A stretch of 64,000 bases of DNA from Moniliella sp. 'wahieum' (taxonomy: Eukaryota). The DNA lies in assembly GCA_003971905.1 (NCBI GenBank), contig RSEE01000003.1, forward strand, positions 930,001 through 994,000, in the 5' to 3' direction. The position numbers were made by a program, and so were the translations under genes. Shown here piece after piece: positions 38,693 to 51,083 of this stretch (its first letter is position 1; every line of letters starts with the position of its first letter). The notes under the pieces were generated by a model, which was not told where the DNA came from, ran no database searches, and worked only from the letters and a program-made list of their open reading frames with translations.

Positions 38693-39740
38693 TTAAAGAG
38701 TAGCCGTGTCAAACACAAAGCGGTACTTGACGTCGCTCTTGTACAGCCGGTCCCACACGTGGTTGATGTCCTTAAAGCTGACCAGCTCGTAGGTGGCCAC
38801 AATGTTGTGCTCCCCGCAAAAGTCGAGCATTTCTTGCGTCTCCTTGATTCCGCCAATGGCCGAGCCGGCCAGGATGCGGTTGCCAAAGACGAGCGGGGCG
38901 GTGTTGAGGTTGGTAGGGCCAATGTGGCCCACCACGGCCATCACACCGTAAGGCTTCAGCAACGACAGGTACGGCCCAAAGTCGTGGTCGACACTGATCG
39001 TGTCAATCACAATGTCGTAAGAAGAGGCGGCGGCTTGGAATTGCGCGGCATCGGTGGTGATCAAGAACTTGTCCACACCCAGCTCCTTGGCCTCTTGCGC
39101 CTTGCTCATCGAACGCGAGGAGAGAAACTTCAGCGCCCATGGCCTTAGCCAACTTGATCGCCATGTGGCCCAGGCCACCCAGCCCGGCCACCAATACCTT
39201 CTTGCCCGGACCGGCACCGAAGCGCTTCAAGGGTGAGTAGGTGGTGATACCAGCGCAAAGCAGAGGCGCTGCCCCAGCAGGGTCAAGGTTCTCAGGCACC
39301 TTGAGCACAAACTTGCCGTCGACCACGATGCTCTTGGAGTACCCGCCAAACGTCAGAGATCCATCAATCTTGTCGTGGCTAGCGTAGGTGAGCACGGGGC
39401 CCTTGACGCAATGAATTTCGTCCCCTTCTTGGCAAAACGCACAGAGCTCGCTATCCGTTACACAGCCCGATTGGACCATGCATCCAACACCGACCAACTC
39501 GCCCGCCTTGAACTTGGGGTCCTTCGACTCGGTCACCCGCCCAATAATCTCGTGCCCTGGCACCAGAGGGAACGGAGTAGGACCCCAGTCGCAGTCGCGC
39601 GAGTGCGTGTCCGACATGCAGTACCCACAGTGAGAAATGGCAATCGATACGTCCCGTCCCGAAGGTCGCGGCGCTCAATCTTGCCGGGGCCAAGGGGCCC
39701 TTGGGCTCCATGCTTGGTACACGTCGACAGTGGTAGGCAT
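38693..39740 (-). CDS. NADP-dependent zinc alcohol dehydrogenase, cinnamyl-ADH/YahK/AdhC type
   Basis: CGYCMSDTH, PLVPGHEIIG, GGYS, APLLCAGITTYSPL, GLGGLGHMA, GSAIGGIKETQEMLDFCGEHNI, KSDVKYRFV; no intron seen in the CDS. Confidence 0.92.
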
Positions 39741-39748
39741 AATAGAAT

Positions 39749-39875
39749 CTGAAGAGACGGGGCCCAGTCAGTCGCTGGAGCAAACAGTGGATGCGACCGT
39801 TGTGTACACACAGATAGGAAGGAGCGGTGGAGAGAGATGGGGAGCAAGGCTGTTGGTCCATGGTGGGCTATATAA
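39749..39875 (-). promoter_or_regulatory. TATA box (39868-39875) and putative 63-nt 5'-UTR intron (39749-39811) of the ADH gene
   Basis: Minus strand TTATATAG; GTGTGT...CTGAC...CTCTTCAG ending 8 nt before the ATG. Confidence 0.5.
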
Positions 39876-40004
39876 GGCGGCGCATTGGGGGGTGCCAGCA
39901 GGATTGATTGAGATAGTATAGCAGCGAACCGAAGGGACGGAAATCTGGTTCAGATCGTCAGCCTAGAAACGACCCACACACTCCCCTCCTGCCGCAACAC
40001 CTCC

Positions 40005-41865
40005 AGCCAGCGCTCAGCGACTGAGGGCCTCAGCGCTGAGTCTCGGCGCTCAGCCCACCCACCAATTGGCAACCCACATCACGCGCACGCGGGATGCATC
40101 ACTAGTGCATCAGGCATCGTGCACATGCATCGGTCACCGAGCGGCCCCGCCATTCATCGATCAATCGATCATTCTGCTTTGCTCTTGCCCGGAAGGTCAA
40201 GCTCAAGGGCTTCGAAGCGGTGTCACACAAACTTGAAGCGACTCGCCCCTGTCGGGGCGTTCCAACGGGCCCCGCGCAACACCGCGGCACCAATTTGTCT
40301 GAACGCGCGAACCCTGCCAACCCCCTCCCACAGCGCACTGGCTCTTGCCATAGCAGGTCGTTAGTAGCTCTCGTCACGCGTTCGACGCCTCTGGACTGAA
40401 GCCACGGCTAGTAGCTGGCGTAGCTTGGCGTAGCAGCTGCTCGCCGTACTGGGGCATACTGGGCCGAACGACAGACTCCATGGAAATGATGGCGTTTGGC
40501 GCTGACGCGGATGTTTAACGTTGGAGGCGGCGCCTGTGGGGCCTGCGGCCTGAGGCCTGTCTGATGCCTGAGGTCAGGGCCTTGCGGCACACGACACCCC
40601 TCTCGACGATCAATTGGGCACATGCGACCCACGACACACACGGGGGGCAAGTACTGCAAGGTACGGTCTGATGGATCTGATGGATGATGGATGATCGATG
40701 ATGGGCTGATTCAGGGTCTATTTGTATATGAGCGCTGGCTGAGCCGCTGAGCGCTGAGCGTATGTGCATGACGCGCATGACGCATGTGCATGACCGAGTA
40801 CCCAGACTCAGTACTCACTCAGTGCGGAGTGTATTCCTGTGCTGGCAAGGTGTCGTCGTCCGCAAGGTTTTGCTTCGGCTTCCACAGCCGCCGAGCGCCT
40901 ATCACACGTATCACGAGCCTCCCGAGAACACCCTTGAAGCTTGAAGCTTGACCTTCGCTCCGCCCTTTTCAAATACCTAGTATCTCTCGGCGTCATCGGT
41001 TCGACTCGTCTCTGCGCCACAGCTTAGTGAGGCTCAGCGGTTGAGACGTTCCCAATATCTCTACGCCCGCCGCCAGCGCGTCCGCCAGCACGAGGAGCCT
41101 TCAGGAAGCGCCGACAGCTTGAAGCTTGAGAAGGACGCTAGAAGGACTCGCTCCAGGTCGCGGCCTCTTCGGCGCCTAAGCATAAAACGTCCACAAATCT
41201 AAGATCTGTTTTTCCGTCGGGGACGGTTGGCCGGTGCACCGAGGGTGAGCCTCAGCCTGATCGCTGAGGTTGAAAACCCGGAACGGGGAACGTGATGCAT
41301 GATGAGCGATAGATGATGCCCATGGGTGGATGATGCATTGGTGGGCAGGCCCAAGAAGAACACGGGGGTAACGGCGACATGGACCCCGAATAACGGCGAT
41401 AGCTGGGGATAAGCGATAAGCGCCATAAGCCATAAGCCAGACGCCTATGGGTGGCCGAGCCAGGCTCAGCGGCTGACTCGGATTCCAAATCAGCGCTGAC
41501 GCTGACGTGTGACGCTTCTGGCGCTGAGCTCAGCCGGCAACCAGAAACCCTCCGCGGCGCTGACACATATCACGTGACACACATGACATGTGACATGTCA
41601 CATGCATCACATGTGACACGTGATGTGCATATGACACGATGACGAAAGACGAGACCCGGGAGCACCATCTCGATCAAAGCTTCAAGCATCGAGAGGATCG
41701 ATCAGGATCTGGATCGACCTCTTGAACGTAGCCCACGTTCATCTCCAACACGCTCAACGGTTCAGCAGCTGTCTTGACCAGCTTCAAGCGATCCTCTTCC
41801 CTCATCGTCAACGTCTTGATCCCTCCATGATGCATGATGCATGGTACGCATGAGGCCTGAGGGAG
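40005..41865. repeat. Second mosaic of palindromic micro-arrays (upstream of the ADH gene)
   Basis: ctcagcgctgag ~40029; tgagcgctgagcg ~40749; ttgaagcttgaagcttga ~40934; acatgtgacatgtcacatgcatcacatgtgac ~41586; catgatgcatgatgcatg ~41826. Confidence 0.8.
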
Positions 41866-42148
41866 ATGAGCACAAAAGCAATAGTAATTCGAAGACGTGT
41901 GGCCCGTGCTGGCGATGATGAGGGAGGGGGGCTGAGAGTATACTATACGAATGCTAATAAGCGCTTAATCTCCAGGCAATGTAAGTCCAAGCAGACGTTG
42001 GCAGGTCGGGCATGATGGCTATGCGGAAGACTATATGAGCGCGGGGCGACCGGGTGGGAACCACGGACGCAGAGGCCCTCGAATCCGTGCACACACTCTT
42101 TGTGGCAAGCTTGGTAGCTAGTCACCATCCATTGCAATGCAATCCTAG

Positions 42149-45100
42149 TTACTTCGCGGATTCGCGGAATTGCTCGAAGGAAGCCTTGGCATCCAACAGC
42201 GCCTGCCGCTCCGACTCGTAGTTCTTCAAGCTAGTCTCCACCTGCTGCTTGATCTGGTCTGGAGTTTTTTCCCACTGGGCCGTGCGCTCCCGCTGCTTGG
42301 TGAGACGGTCAATGTTGCTCTCAGCGAGGGTGAGCTTCTTGTCCAGCTTGGCCACCTCGGCCGAAACGTTGATCCGGCCGCGCACGAGCACATGTGCACG
42401 CAGCCCGGCCTGGATCGACGCTACGGCGCACCGCCCGGGATCGCCTTGCCTGTTTGCTCGGGCGGACCAATCAGGACCTCGACGCCCTTGGCGCCCTTGA
42501 TCAGCGTCTCAATTACCGACTTTTGCTCGTGCAGCACCGCGCCTAGGCTGGGCGACTCGGCCTCGAGGTACATTTCCAGCTGCTTGATCACCCCATACTG
42601 CATCGCCACCCCACGCAGCGTCTTGACCGACTCGAACAGCAGGTCAAAGTCGCGCCTGCTCGCGCCGTCCTTCCATTCGGGGTGGGCGGCCTGGGCCGGG
42701 TAGGCCGTCAGCGCAATCGTCGCTGCCGTCTCGCCTTGGCGGCGCGGCAGACGCTGCCACAGCTCCTCTGTCACAAACGGCATAAATGGGTGCAGCAACT
42801 TCAATCCCTGGTCCAGCACCGTGTACAAACGTTTCTTGCGCCGAAGCTTTCGCCTGGGCTTCGGCCGAGCCAGCCACCGTCGCACCCGGGTGGTCAGTGA
42901 TGGGCTTGATGGCCTCAATGTACACATCGCAAAAGTCATACAGCCAGAACTGGTACGCGGCATGGACCGCCTCCATAAATGTCGCTGGGCCAACGCCTTG
43001 TTCAGTTTGCCAATCGTCTCGTGCAGCGAGGCCAGGATCCAGCGCTCGACCAGGCTCTGGCGCTCTTGTTGCCCGGCTGCGCCGCGGCGGTGACCGAGGC
43101 AGGGGTAAACCCATCGAGCTTGAGCAGCGCAAACTTGGTTGCGTTCCACATCTTGTTGCAAAACTTGCGGTAGCCTTCCACGCGCAAAATGTCCAAGTTA
43201 ATGTCCGCGTTGGGCGTGGTGTAGGCGACCAGAGCCAGGCGGAGGGCATCGGTGCCACATTGAGGAATGCCCTTGGGGAAATCCTTGGTCTGCCCTGCCC
43301 GGGCCTTGGCCACCTCCTTGGGATCCAAATTCCCATTTTCCAACTTGGCATGCAATGCGGCCAGGTCAATGCCCTCAATCACGTCAATCGGATCAATCAC
43401 GTTGCCGAGCGACTTGGACATTTTGCGGCCGTGGGCGTCGCGCACCATACCATGACAGAAAATCTCGTGAAAGGGCAACGTGTGGGTCAAGTGCGCTCCA
43501 AGCATCACCATTCGTGCCACCCAAAAGTAGATAATGTCCCGCCCCGTCTCGAGAAGCGAATTGGGGTAAAAGTGGGCCAGATCGGGCGTCTGGTCCGGCC
43601 AACCCATCAAGCTAAACGGCCACAGACCCGAGGAGAACCACGTGTCCAGTACATCCTCGTCTTGTCGAAGCGTAAACTTCTTGCCGCCCGCACGTTTCTC
43701 CGCCTCGGCCTGGGCCTCTTCAGGCGAGCGAGCAACAATCCAGCTGGCACTGTCCAGTTCATCCACTTCCTCGCCCTCCACCTCGAGAAAGTAGGCAGGA
43801 ATCCGATGGCCCCACCACAGTTGGCGACTGATGCACCAGTCGAGAATGTGGTCGAGCCATTGGTAAAACTCATTTTTGCTTGTGTCAGGGCGGATGGTCA
43901 GCCCTTGTTGGCGGGCTAGCGCCACCGCCTCGTCAGCCAGCACCTTGGACTTGACCCACCACTGTGGTTTCAGCACCGGTTCCACCACGTCGCCCGAGCG
44001 AGAGCAGATGGGCACGCTCATCGGGTTGGGTTGTTCTTCAATGTACAACTTTTTCCTTGAGCGCTTCGACCACCGCCTTACGTGCCGACAGCCGTTTCAT
44101 GCCTTGGAACGGACCTGCCTCTTCGTTCAACGTACCATCGTCATTGAGAATGTTGACAAACGGCAGCTGGTGGCGCACGCCCACATTAAATCGTTTGGGT
44201 CGTGCGCCGGGGTGATCTTGACGGCACCCGTACCAAACTCCATGTCGACCGCCTCGGCATCCAACACGATCGGTAACTTGCGGTCGGGGAAAAAGGGATG
44301 CTGGACAAACTTGCCGTGCAGATGCTTGTGGCGCGGATCGTCAGGATGGATGGCAACGGCCGTGTCGCCCAGGATTGTCTCGGGACGCGTGGTGGCGATC
44401 CGGAGCAACCGCTGCTCCACCGGCGCGTCGGCGGGGGCATCGGCAATGGGATAGTAAAAGTGGAAGAGCACACCAAACTGAATCTTCTCATTGCCGTACC
44501 CAGGTAAGGGAGAGGAAGGTGGGGCCAGCCAGTTCCTTCTGTTCCACCTCGAGGTTGGACAGGACGTGGTGAGGTAGGAAGACCAATTGACGATGCGGTT
44601 GGCGCGATAAATGATGCGTCGTTAAACAGACGGACAAAGGCCTCGGTCACCGCACGCGAACGCGTGTCGTCCATGGTGAATGCCTCACGCGACCAGTCGT
44701 AGGAGGAGCCGAGGCGGCGCAGCTGCGTGCCGATCGTCGCCGCATACTCGTCCTTCCAGGCAAACACGCGCTCTAGAACTTGGACCGCCCCAAGTCGTGC
44801 CGGGTAAGGTGCTCAAACTTGAGCAGCCGCTTCTCCACCACGGCCTGAGTTGCGATCCCGGCATGGTCAAAGCCGGGAACATAGGACGCGTTTGCCCTGC
44901 ATGCGGTACCAGCGACAGAGAGCGTGTCTTGGATGCTCATGGTCAGCGCATGCCAATGTGCAGACTGCCAGTGACGTTGGGCGGCGGGATGGGGATGACA
45001 AACGTCTCCTTTTGTACGGGTCCTGCTCGGTGATTGGGCGCGGAGCAAAGAAGCCGCTCTTCTCCCACCAGGCGTACCAATACGACTCGACCTTGAGGGG

Positions 45101-45461
45101 GTCGTACGCACTGTCCATCGGCGCCGATAAATCCTTCTTCTCCCCCGTGCCCTGTACCCAGACGGACTTTGGCCCGACGAGCTTGGGCTTGGGCTCCTTG
45201 CTGGTTTCTTGGCGGATGCATTGGCCGGCGTGGGCTGGGCGGCGGCTACCTGGCGGCCTTTTGGCAGCGAGCTGCTCGGCCTTGGCCGCCTTCTTGGCAC
45301 CCTTTTGGAGAGGGCGGCAGCGTCGGGAGCGGGGTGAGGGGGGTGCGTGACTGCTGCTCAGGAGGGGGGGTGGGCGGGGGGTGGCGACGAGGGCGGGGAG
45401 GGGGGGGGGCAGGGGCGGGAGGGGGGGGCAGGAGACGCGGCAGGGGACGAGGCAGCCGCAT
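42149..45461 (-). CDS. VAS1: Valyl-tRNA synthetase
   Basis: [12 protein letters not shown] (HIGH), [97 protein letters not shown] and C-terminal coiled-coil arm. Confidence 0.97.
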
Positions 45462-45671
45462 CCCCTTGTTGGCTGGTCGCGCGTGCGAGGCCCAGATGGG
45501 GGCTGAGCACTTGCGATCGACTTGTGCTCTGTGACTCAACCAGGCTTCGCGCTGTGCCATATATGTTCCGGCGGAATGATTACGAGGTTAAACGAGATGT
45601 GCTGGAGGGCTGAATACGAGGCAATGCCAGTACTATTATGGGTATCGTCGGATCGGACCAATGGGCCATCC

Positions 45672-46622
45672 TCACAGCGCCACCTGCGCAGCTGCCACCC
45701 GCCGCACCTTGACCTCCACCGCCCCCGCCGCGTCCCAGCTGCCCAGACGCGCCGCGTAGCGCCCCCGCAGCCGCTCCGTCACCCCGCCTCCATCACCCCC
45801 AGCAATGCCTCGGCACGCTGAACGCCATCACCTCCTGCGTCTGCCGCTGCGCCTGCTCCCCGCGCCGACACCAGCCGCACCTCATGCACCACCAGCACCT
45901 CGTCCCCGAGCGTGTTGCCCCGCCTGTCCGCCGCCCCCGGCGCACTGTCTGCGGCGCCGTGCAGTCGGAGGGGCAGGCCGGACAATGGGTGCAGCTGCCA
46001 CGGCGTGGATTCGGTGGTTCGGCCTTCTTTTTTTTCAATGGCTGCTGGCGGCCCTGCTTGCCCTACTTCTTTCTTCGTGGAGACAGCGAGTAGAGCACCT
46101 CGTATTCCAGCAGCCATCCAGCCAAGGCCACCAGTCGCCCTGCCCCGTCAGCACCCAGTCGCCCCCCCTCTGCACGGCGAGCTGGACCTGCCGCACCAAC
46201 TGCGCTAGGCGCTGCACCGCCCAATCCTCCGGCGCGGCGCACAGCGGACGCGCGCCCCTGCCCACCAAAATCACCGGCGGTAGTGCCGCATCGAGCGGGG
46301 GCAGCAGCTGCCGATTGACTATGATGACTTGTTCTTCCTGTTGCTGTTGCTGATCACCCCCTGCCCTTGCCCTGGGCGGAGGAGGAGAAGGGAGACGGGA
46401 TGTTGGTGCGTGTTGGCCAAGGCGCGGGAGAGGCGTGCCTCGCTCCCCGGCTTCAAAGGGTAGTCGAGCAAATAACCTCGTCGCACGCCCGTCAGGACCA
46501 GTGCGAGCTGCATAGAACCGAGCGCGGGGTGCGCGCGGGACCGGCACGTCGGCCGTGTGCGATGGCGAGCAGGGGGCGACTTCCCCCCAAAGGGTCAGCC
46601 AAGGCGCGTCTTGCTTCGGCAT
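45672..46622 (-). CDS. DUF4504/UPF0739 (C1orf74-like) protein
   Basis: LALVLTGVRRGYLLDY, LVALAGWLLEYEVLY, GNTL, MAFSVP and terminal QVAL*; frame-shifted. Confidence 0.6.
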
Positions 46623-46985
46623 CGGCCAGGCCAATTAATGGTGGATTGAAGAGACAATAAAAAAAATCGACGATTTGGATCGTGGTTCGGCCTCCCCCGC
46701 CGGGTCCCATCTATTCAGGTGCGGGATTCTTCATCCCCCCTTTGGTGATGGTACTCGATTCGTCGATTATCGATCGATTCACCTGGAAAACAAGCTATGG
46801 TGCGTGCACGTCCGCCGCCTAAGCTCCAAGCGGGGTCGCTCAGTGATATACAATACAGGTGCCAAGAGCAAGCAGGACACAGCCAACATATAGGAACAGA
46901 AAGCTATAGCTAGCCTAGGCTGCGACACATCCGGGAATGGTCCACATAAGGGGGGAGACCTGAGGGTGAGGAGGGGGGGGAGGGG

Positions 46986-49900
46986 TCAATACCTCAACCT
47001 CAGCGAGCATAAGGTGCGGGTCACATCGCCAGGGATTGGTGACGAGTGACGGGACAGGCGAGACCAAGCCCGCGCACATGGGTGCGCAGAGAGGAGCGAA
47101 AGGTTGCTCAGGGGGGGGGGGCAGCGGTGGCTTGGTCGGAGCACACGGGAGCGGGAGCGGGAGCGTGCTCGGTGGGAAAAGGCGGGCTGGGCTCGTCGAT
47201 GGGCGGGAGAGGAGGAGGCTGGGTAAGGTCTCCAGGACCTGCTTGGACAGTGGCGACGCAGCCGATTCCGCTTTTTCGTCGGTTGCGGCCCATCAGGGAG
47301 GGACGATGTAAGTTTCTGACGCCAGGAAGCCCTCTTCCCCACCTTCGTTATCGTCGTCTCCGTCTGCATCGTCTTCGTCTTCATCATCGTCGTCATCGTC
47401 GTCGTCGTACGGGACAAGAGTCCGCTTGGACGACTGTGATGGCGACCGCATGTGGCCTCGCTTAGCCAGCTGGGTGGGGCGAACTGGTGGTCAACCGTTT
47501 TCTCTTACGCGGCGGTGGCGTCGCACTTTCGTCGTCGGACCAATCGTCGGCATCCTCCTCCCTCGCGCGGAGCGGGCGAGGCCAAGACGCATAGGAACGT
47601 CGGCATGCTGGGTGCGCTCCAGCGGGGCGCGACCAGCGTGAGCTCAGTCAGTTCGGCAAAGACACGACCCACTTTAGCATCGATGGCCAAGCGGCGCACC
47701 TTGCCTTCGTAGCGCGTTAGCACGTGAGCGCCACGTAGCGCAACCGGTCTTCAGACACACAAGATACGGAACAAGCTCAGCGCCGTACTGGTCACCACGC
47801 CCGTGCGGCCCGAAGCGAGCTCAGTCTCAACCAAGTTGAGCAACGGGTCCATCAGTCGCACGTCAATAGGTACTCATGCAGCTGCCGATTGTCCCGTTGT
47901 GCACAACTTTGATGCATCGCATGCATTGGCCGCGACCAAGGGCCGGTTTTTTGGCCAAGAGCAGCGCACCCAGTTTCCCGCCAGCTCGGCAGCGAAAAGA
48001 ACTGCTCGGCTCGGTCGGGGGTGCGATAGAGCAGATAGGTAAACAAGTCGCACAGGTGGGCCAGCAGGACACTGTTCCAGTCCCAGTGACGGCAAGGCGC
48101 GGTGGGTGGAGCCGGCCGGGCCGGACGCTCCCTCCGCCTCCATGCGACGCAACGACGAGAGCGAGGGAACCCCCTCCAGCGAGCCAAACAGGCCCCTGAC
48201 ATCATCCCGGTAAAATACGGTGAGCAGCGACGCTTTCTCACCCGTCGCTGCGCCCTCTGCAACGGGATCCAACAAGGAGCGCAGCACGTCCATCATTTGC
48301 GACTGGATTCCCATTCCCTCACCGGTACGCAGAAGGGTACAGATGACCTGGAGCAGATCATTGCCCCGAGGCAGCTCGACAGGTTCCTCTCTTGTTTGTG
48401 GGATCACCTTGCGAGGCTTACCATACGTGTGTTTGGGCTGGGATCGCACCCGCGTCTCGGTCGCAGCAGCGGCGGTGGCCTTGGTCGCTAAGGCCAAGGA
48501 AAGCAGGTGCCTTCGATGCACAATGTACTGCCGCACCGCGAGGGGGTCCAAGTCGAGAAGCATCAACAGCATGTCCGCCGCCGCGTTGCGCACTTTGGCC
48601 GCCATCTCTGGATCCACCTCGCTCCCTTGTTCCCCTTGTCCCGCATGGAGCTCCGTATGAGCCGCGGTAGGGGACACAGTAGGCGAGAAGGGCATCGAGG
48701 CTCGAGCAGCGACCGATTCAGGCACAGTGGAGCTCGAGTCGCTTTCCGGGGCTGAGCAAGGGTCCGGGTCCGGGTTCGGATCGGAGTGAGAGGCCACGGG
48801 AGACGGAGAGAGAGAAAGAGGAAGGCCGGGTACGGTACGCGTCCGATCCTGCTGCCCCGTACCCAGCTCCAACCCCACCCCGAGCCCAAACGCAATCACG
48901 TCCAGCAACCCACGCTGGACCAGCTGGAACACATTTGTGCCCGGTTGCCCGCTGCATCGTCTTGCCAATCGCACAGAGCGCCTGGAGAAACAGAACCGCA
49001 TCGATCCGTTTCGTCTCACTCGTCTCGTCGGCGCGCGGGCCGAGGCGGACGGGGCAAAGAGCCCAAACAGGTCCGGCAGGAAGGAAGGGTGGTTCAAGCA
49101 CCAAGACACAATGTCCAGTTGCCAGATAAAGATGATGGACTGAAGCAGGCTGAGAAGCGGGTCGGGCAAAATACGATTCAAGACCACGTCGCGCAAAAAG
49201 GTGAGGCGGTACGTGTGCTGAATTTTGGCCCGGACCACGGGATTGGAAATGGGCACCACCTCTTTAAACTCGGTCGAGTGGGCCATGTACGCTCGATAGG
49301 AAGCCTTGCTTCGAGGGAAGGCCGGGTCGTACTCTAGCATGCCCACCAGGGTAGAATAGATCTCGTCCTGCACCACATGCTCGTACAGATGTGCGTCCCC
49401 GAGAAGTAAAATGTGCTGAGAAATGGTACAGATCGAATGGAGACCAGACAGGTCTTCTTGCCTTTCGGCCAGGGCAAAGATGGGTCCCAACGAGGTAAGA
49501 TACCCAGACTGCACCATCGCATCGGAAAACCGTTCGCGAAACACGGATGCGATCCGTGCGCCTTGGCTCGGACCCAAGATCGCCCCATGCCACCAGGGGC
49601 GAGCTCATGCACTTGCCCCAGCCCTCGTCTGTACCACACGCGCGATCCGATCGGCAACAGTCTTGATCGTCTGTTCAATGCTGGCCAGGTTCTCCAATCG
49701 TGGTTCGGGGAGCAACTGGTGGTTCGTCAGATCCGCTAGACCCGGAAGGCCCGCCACCCGCTCCACGAGCGTCAGCAGTTGTGCGTCTCGAAAATCCTGT
49801 CTTCGTCCACGGCGGCCTCCAAGCGGGGGGAAGAGGACGAGTCGATGGGATCGGCATCGGGATCTGTAACATGGACAGCACGCTCAGCACAGTGCTCAAA

Positions 49901-51083
49901 GATAAGAAGGAGAACGTACCTGACGACCGCATCTGTCTCTGCACCTCGGCAAGAAAGTCCCAGATTTCATGGCAGCCCGACCGCTCCTGAAACGAAAGAG
50001 CCATTTCCGCTCCCGAAGACTCGGTCCAAACAATCAGCGTATCTGGCAGGCTGGTCAGCAGGTCCGTGGTCAACGCATTCAGCAAGGGGCGCAGAGACAT
50101 ACCCTGCTGTTGTCGGTACACATCCTCCTTGAGCAACGTAGAAAAGAGCAGCATATCGTTCTGGTCAAACTCGGGAGAGACAAGAATGATGTACTGGTTT
50201 TCCCAGTCCTCCGGGCTGCCCGGCTCGACAGGCGCAGGATGCGGGAGGGGCTGACAGCGGGTCTGACCTGGCCGTTCTGTCTGATCCCCCTTGTCGGCGA
50301 GGTTGTCTTGGAACCCATATTGATCCGAGGCATGATAGGAAGGGTGGAACAGGCAGCCTCATGCTTGGCAACCAACAGTGCACGGTCCGATTCCTCGTCA
50401 TAGACTCCGGCGCAGTACCCGGTACCCAAATCGACCCATGCGCCGGCCACCATTTCGTACACCTTGACCCGCCGAGCTGAACCACACTGGTGGAACGAGC
50501 CACAGCTAAAGGTCGTTTGGTGGCTCAGGCGATTAGGGGCGTTGTCCCCGCCGACCTCTGCCCCGTCCGGTTCGCGGTCCGGCAGCGGGGGTTCGGCCAA
50601 GGTAGGGACGAGGTCCGAGCTATTGGGTACGGCTTGGGTATCCGTGAAAATCAAAGATGTAGGAGACCCGTGGGCAGGCACGTCGGAGCAAGTTAGCTCT
50701 GAGGCGGAAGGCGCGTCGAGCGAGGGCCCAGCCGAATCCGAAGCAGGACTAGGCTCGGGCTCGGGCCCCGCAGGGTGTCCCATGTGTTTCGAGGGCCCCG
50801 CAGTCTCACAAGACCCAGGCGGTGGATTGGACTGCAAGAGAGCAGCAGCAGGCAAGGCAGGCTCTGGGGTGGGCGAGCACTCGTCGGGTGCGTCGAGCTC
50901 AGGGGGGCCCGGCCCGCCTTCGGCCGGCTCGGCAGCGGGGCCCACGAGCAGCTGCGGCTCCGAAGGAGGGGCCGGGAGCGCGATTGGTGGGGCAACGGCG
51001 AGAGGGGTGGCGATGATGGCTTGAGCGTAGGGGAAAGGGAGCCAGGCGAGAGTAACGGAGCGGGGAGAGGGGCTGGAGGGCAT
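46986..51083 (-). CDS. PSY2: Protein phosphatase 4 regulatory subunit 3 (Psy2/SMEK)
   Basis: EVH1-like RRVKVYEMVAGAWVDLGTGYC...DTLIVWTE...MALSFQERSGCHEIWDF; SMK-1 domain GMLEYDPAFP...FKEVVPISNPVVRAKIQHTYRLTFLRDVVL; acidic tail; ends approximate. Confidence 0.9.
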
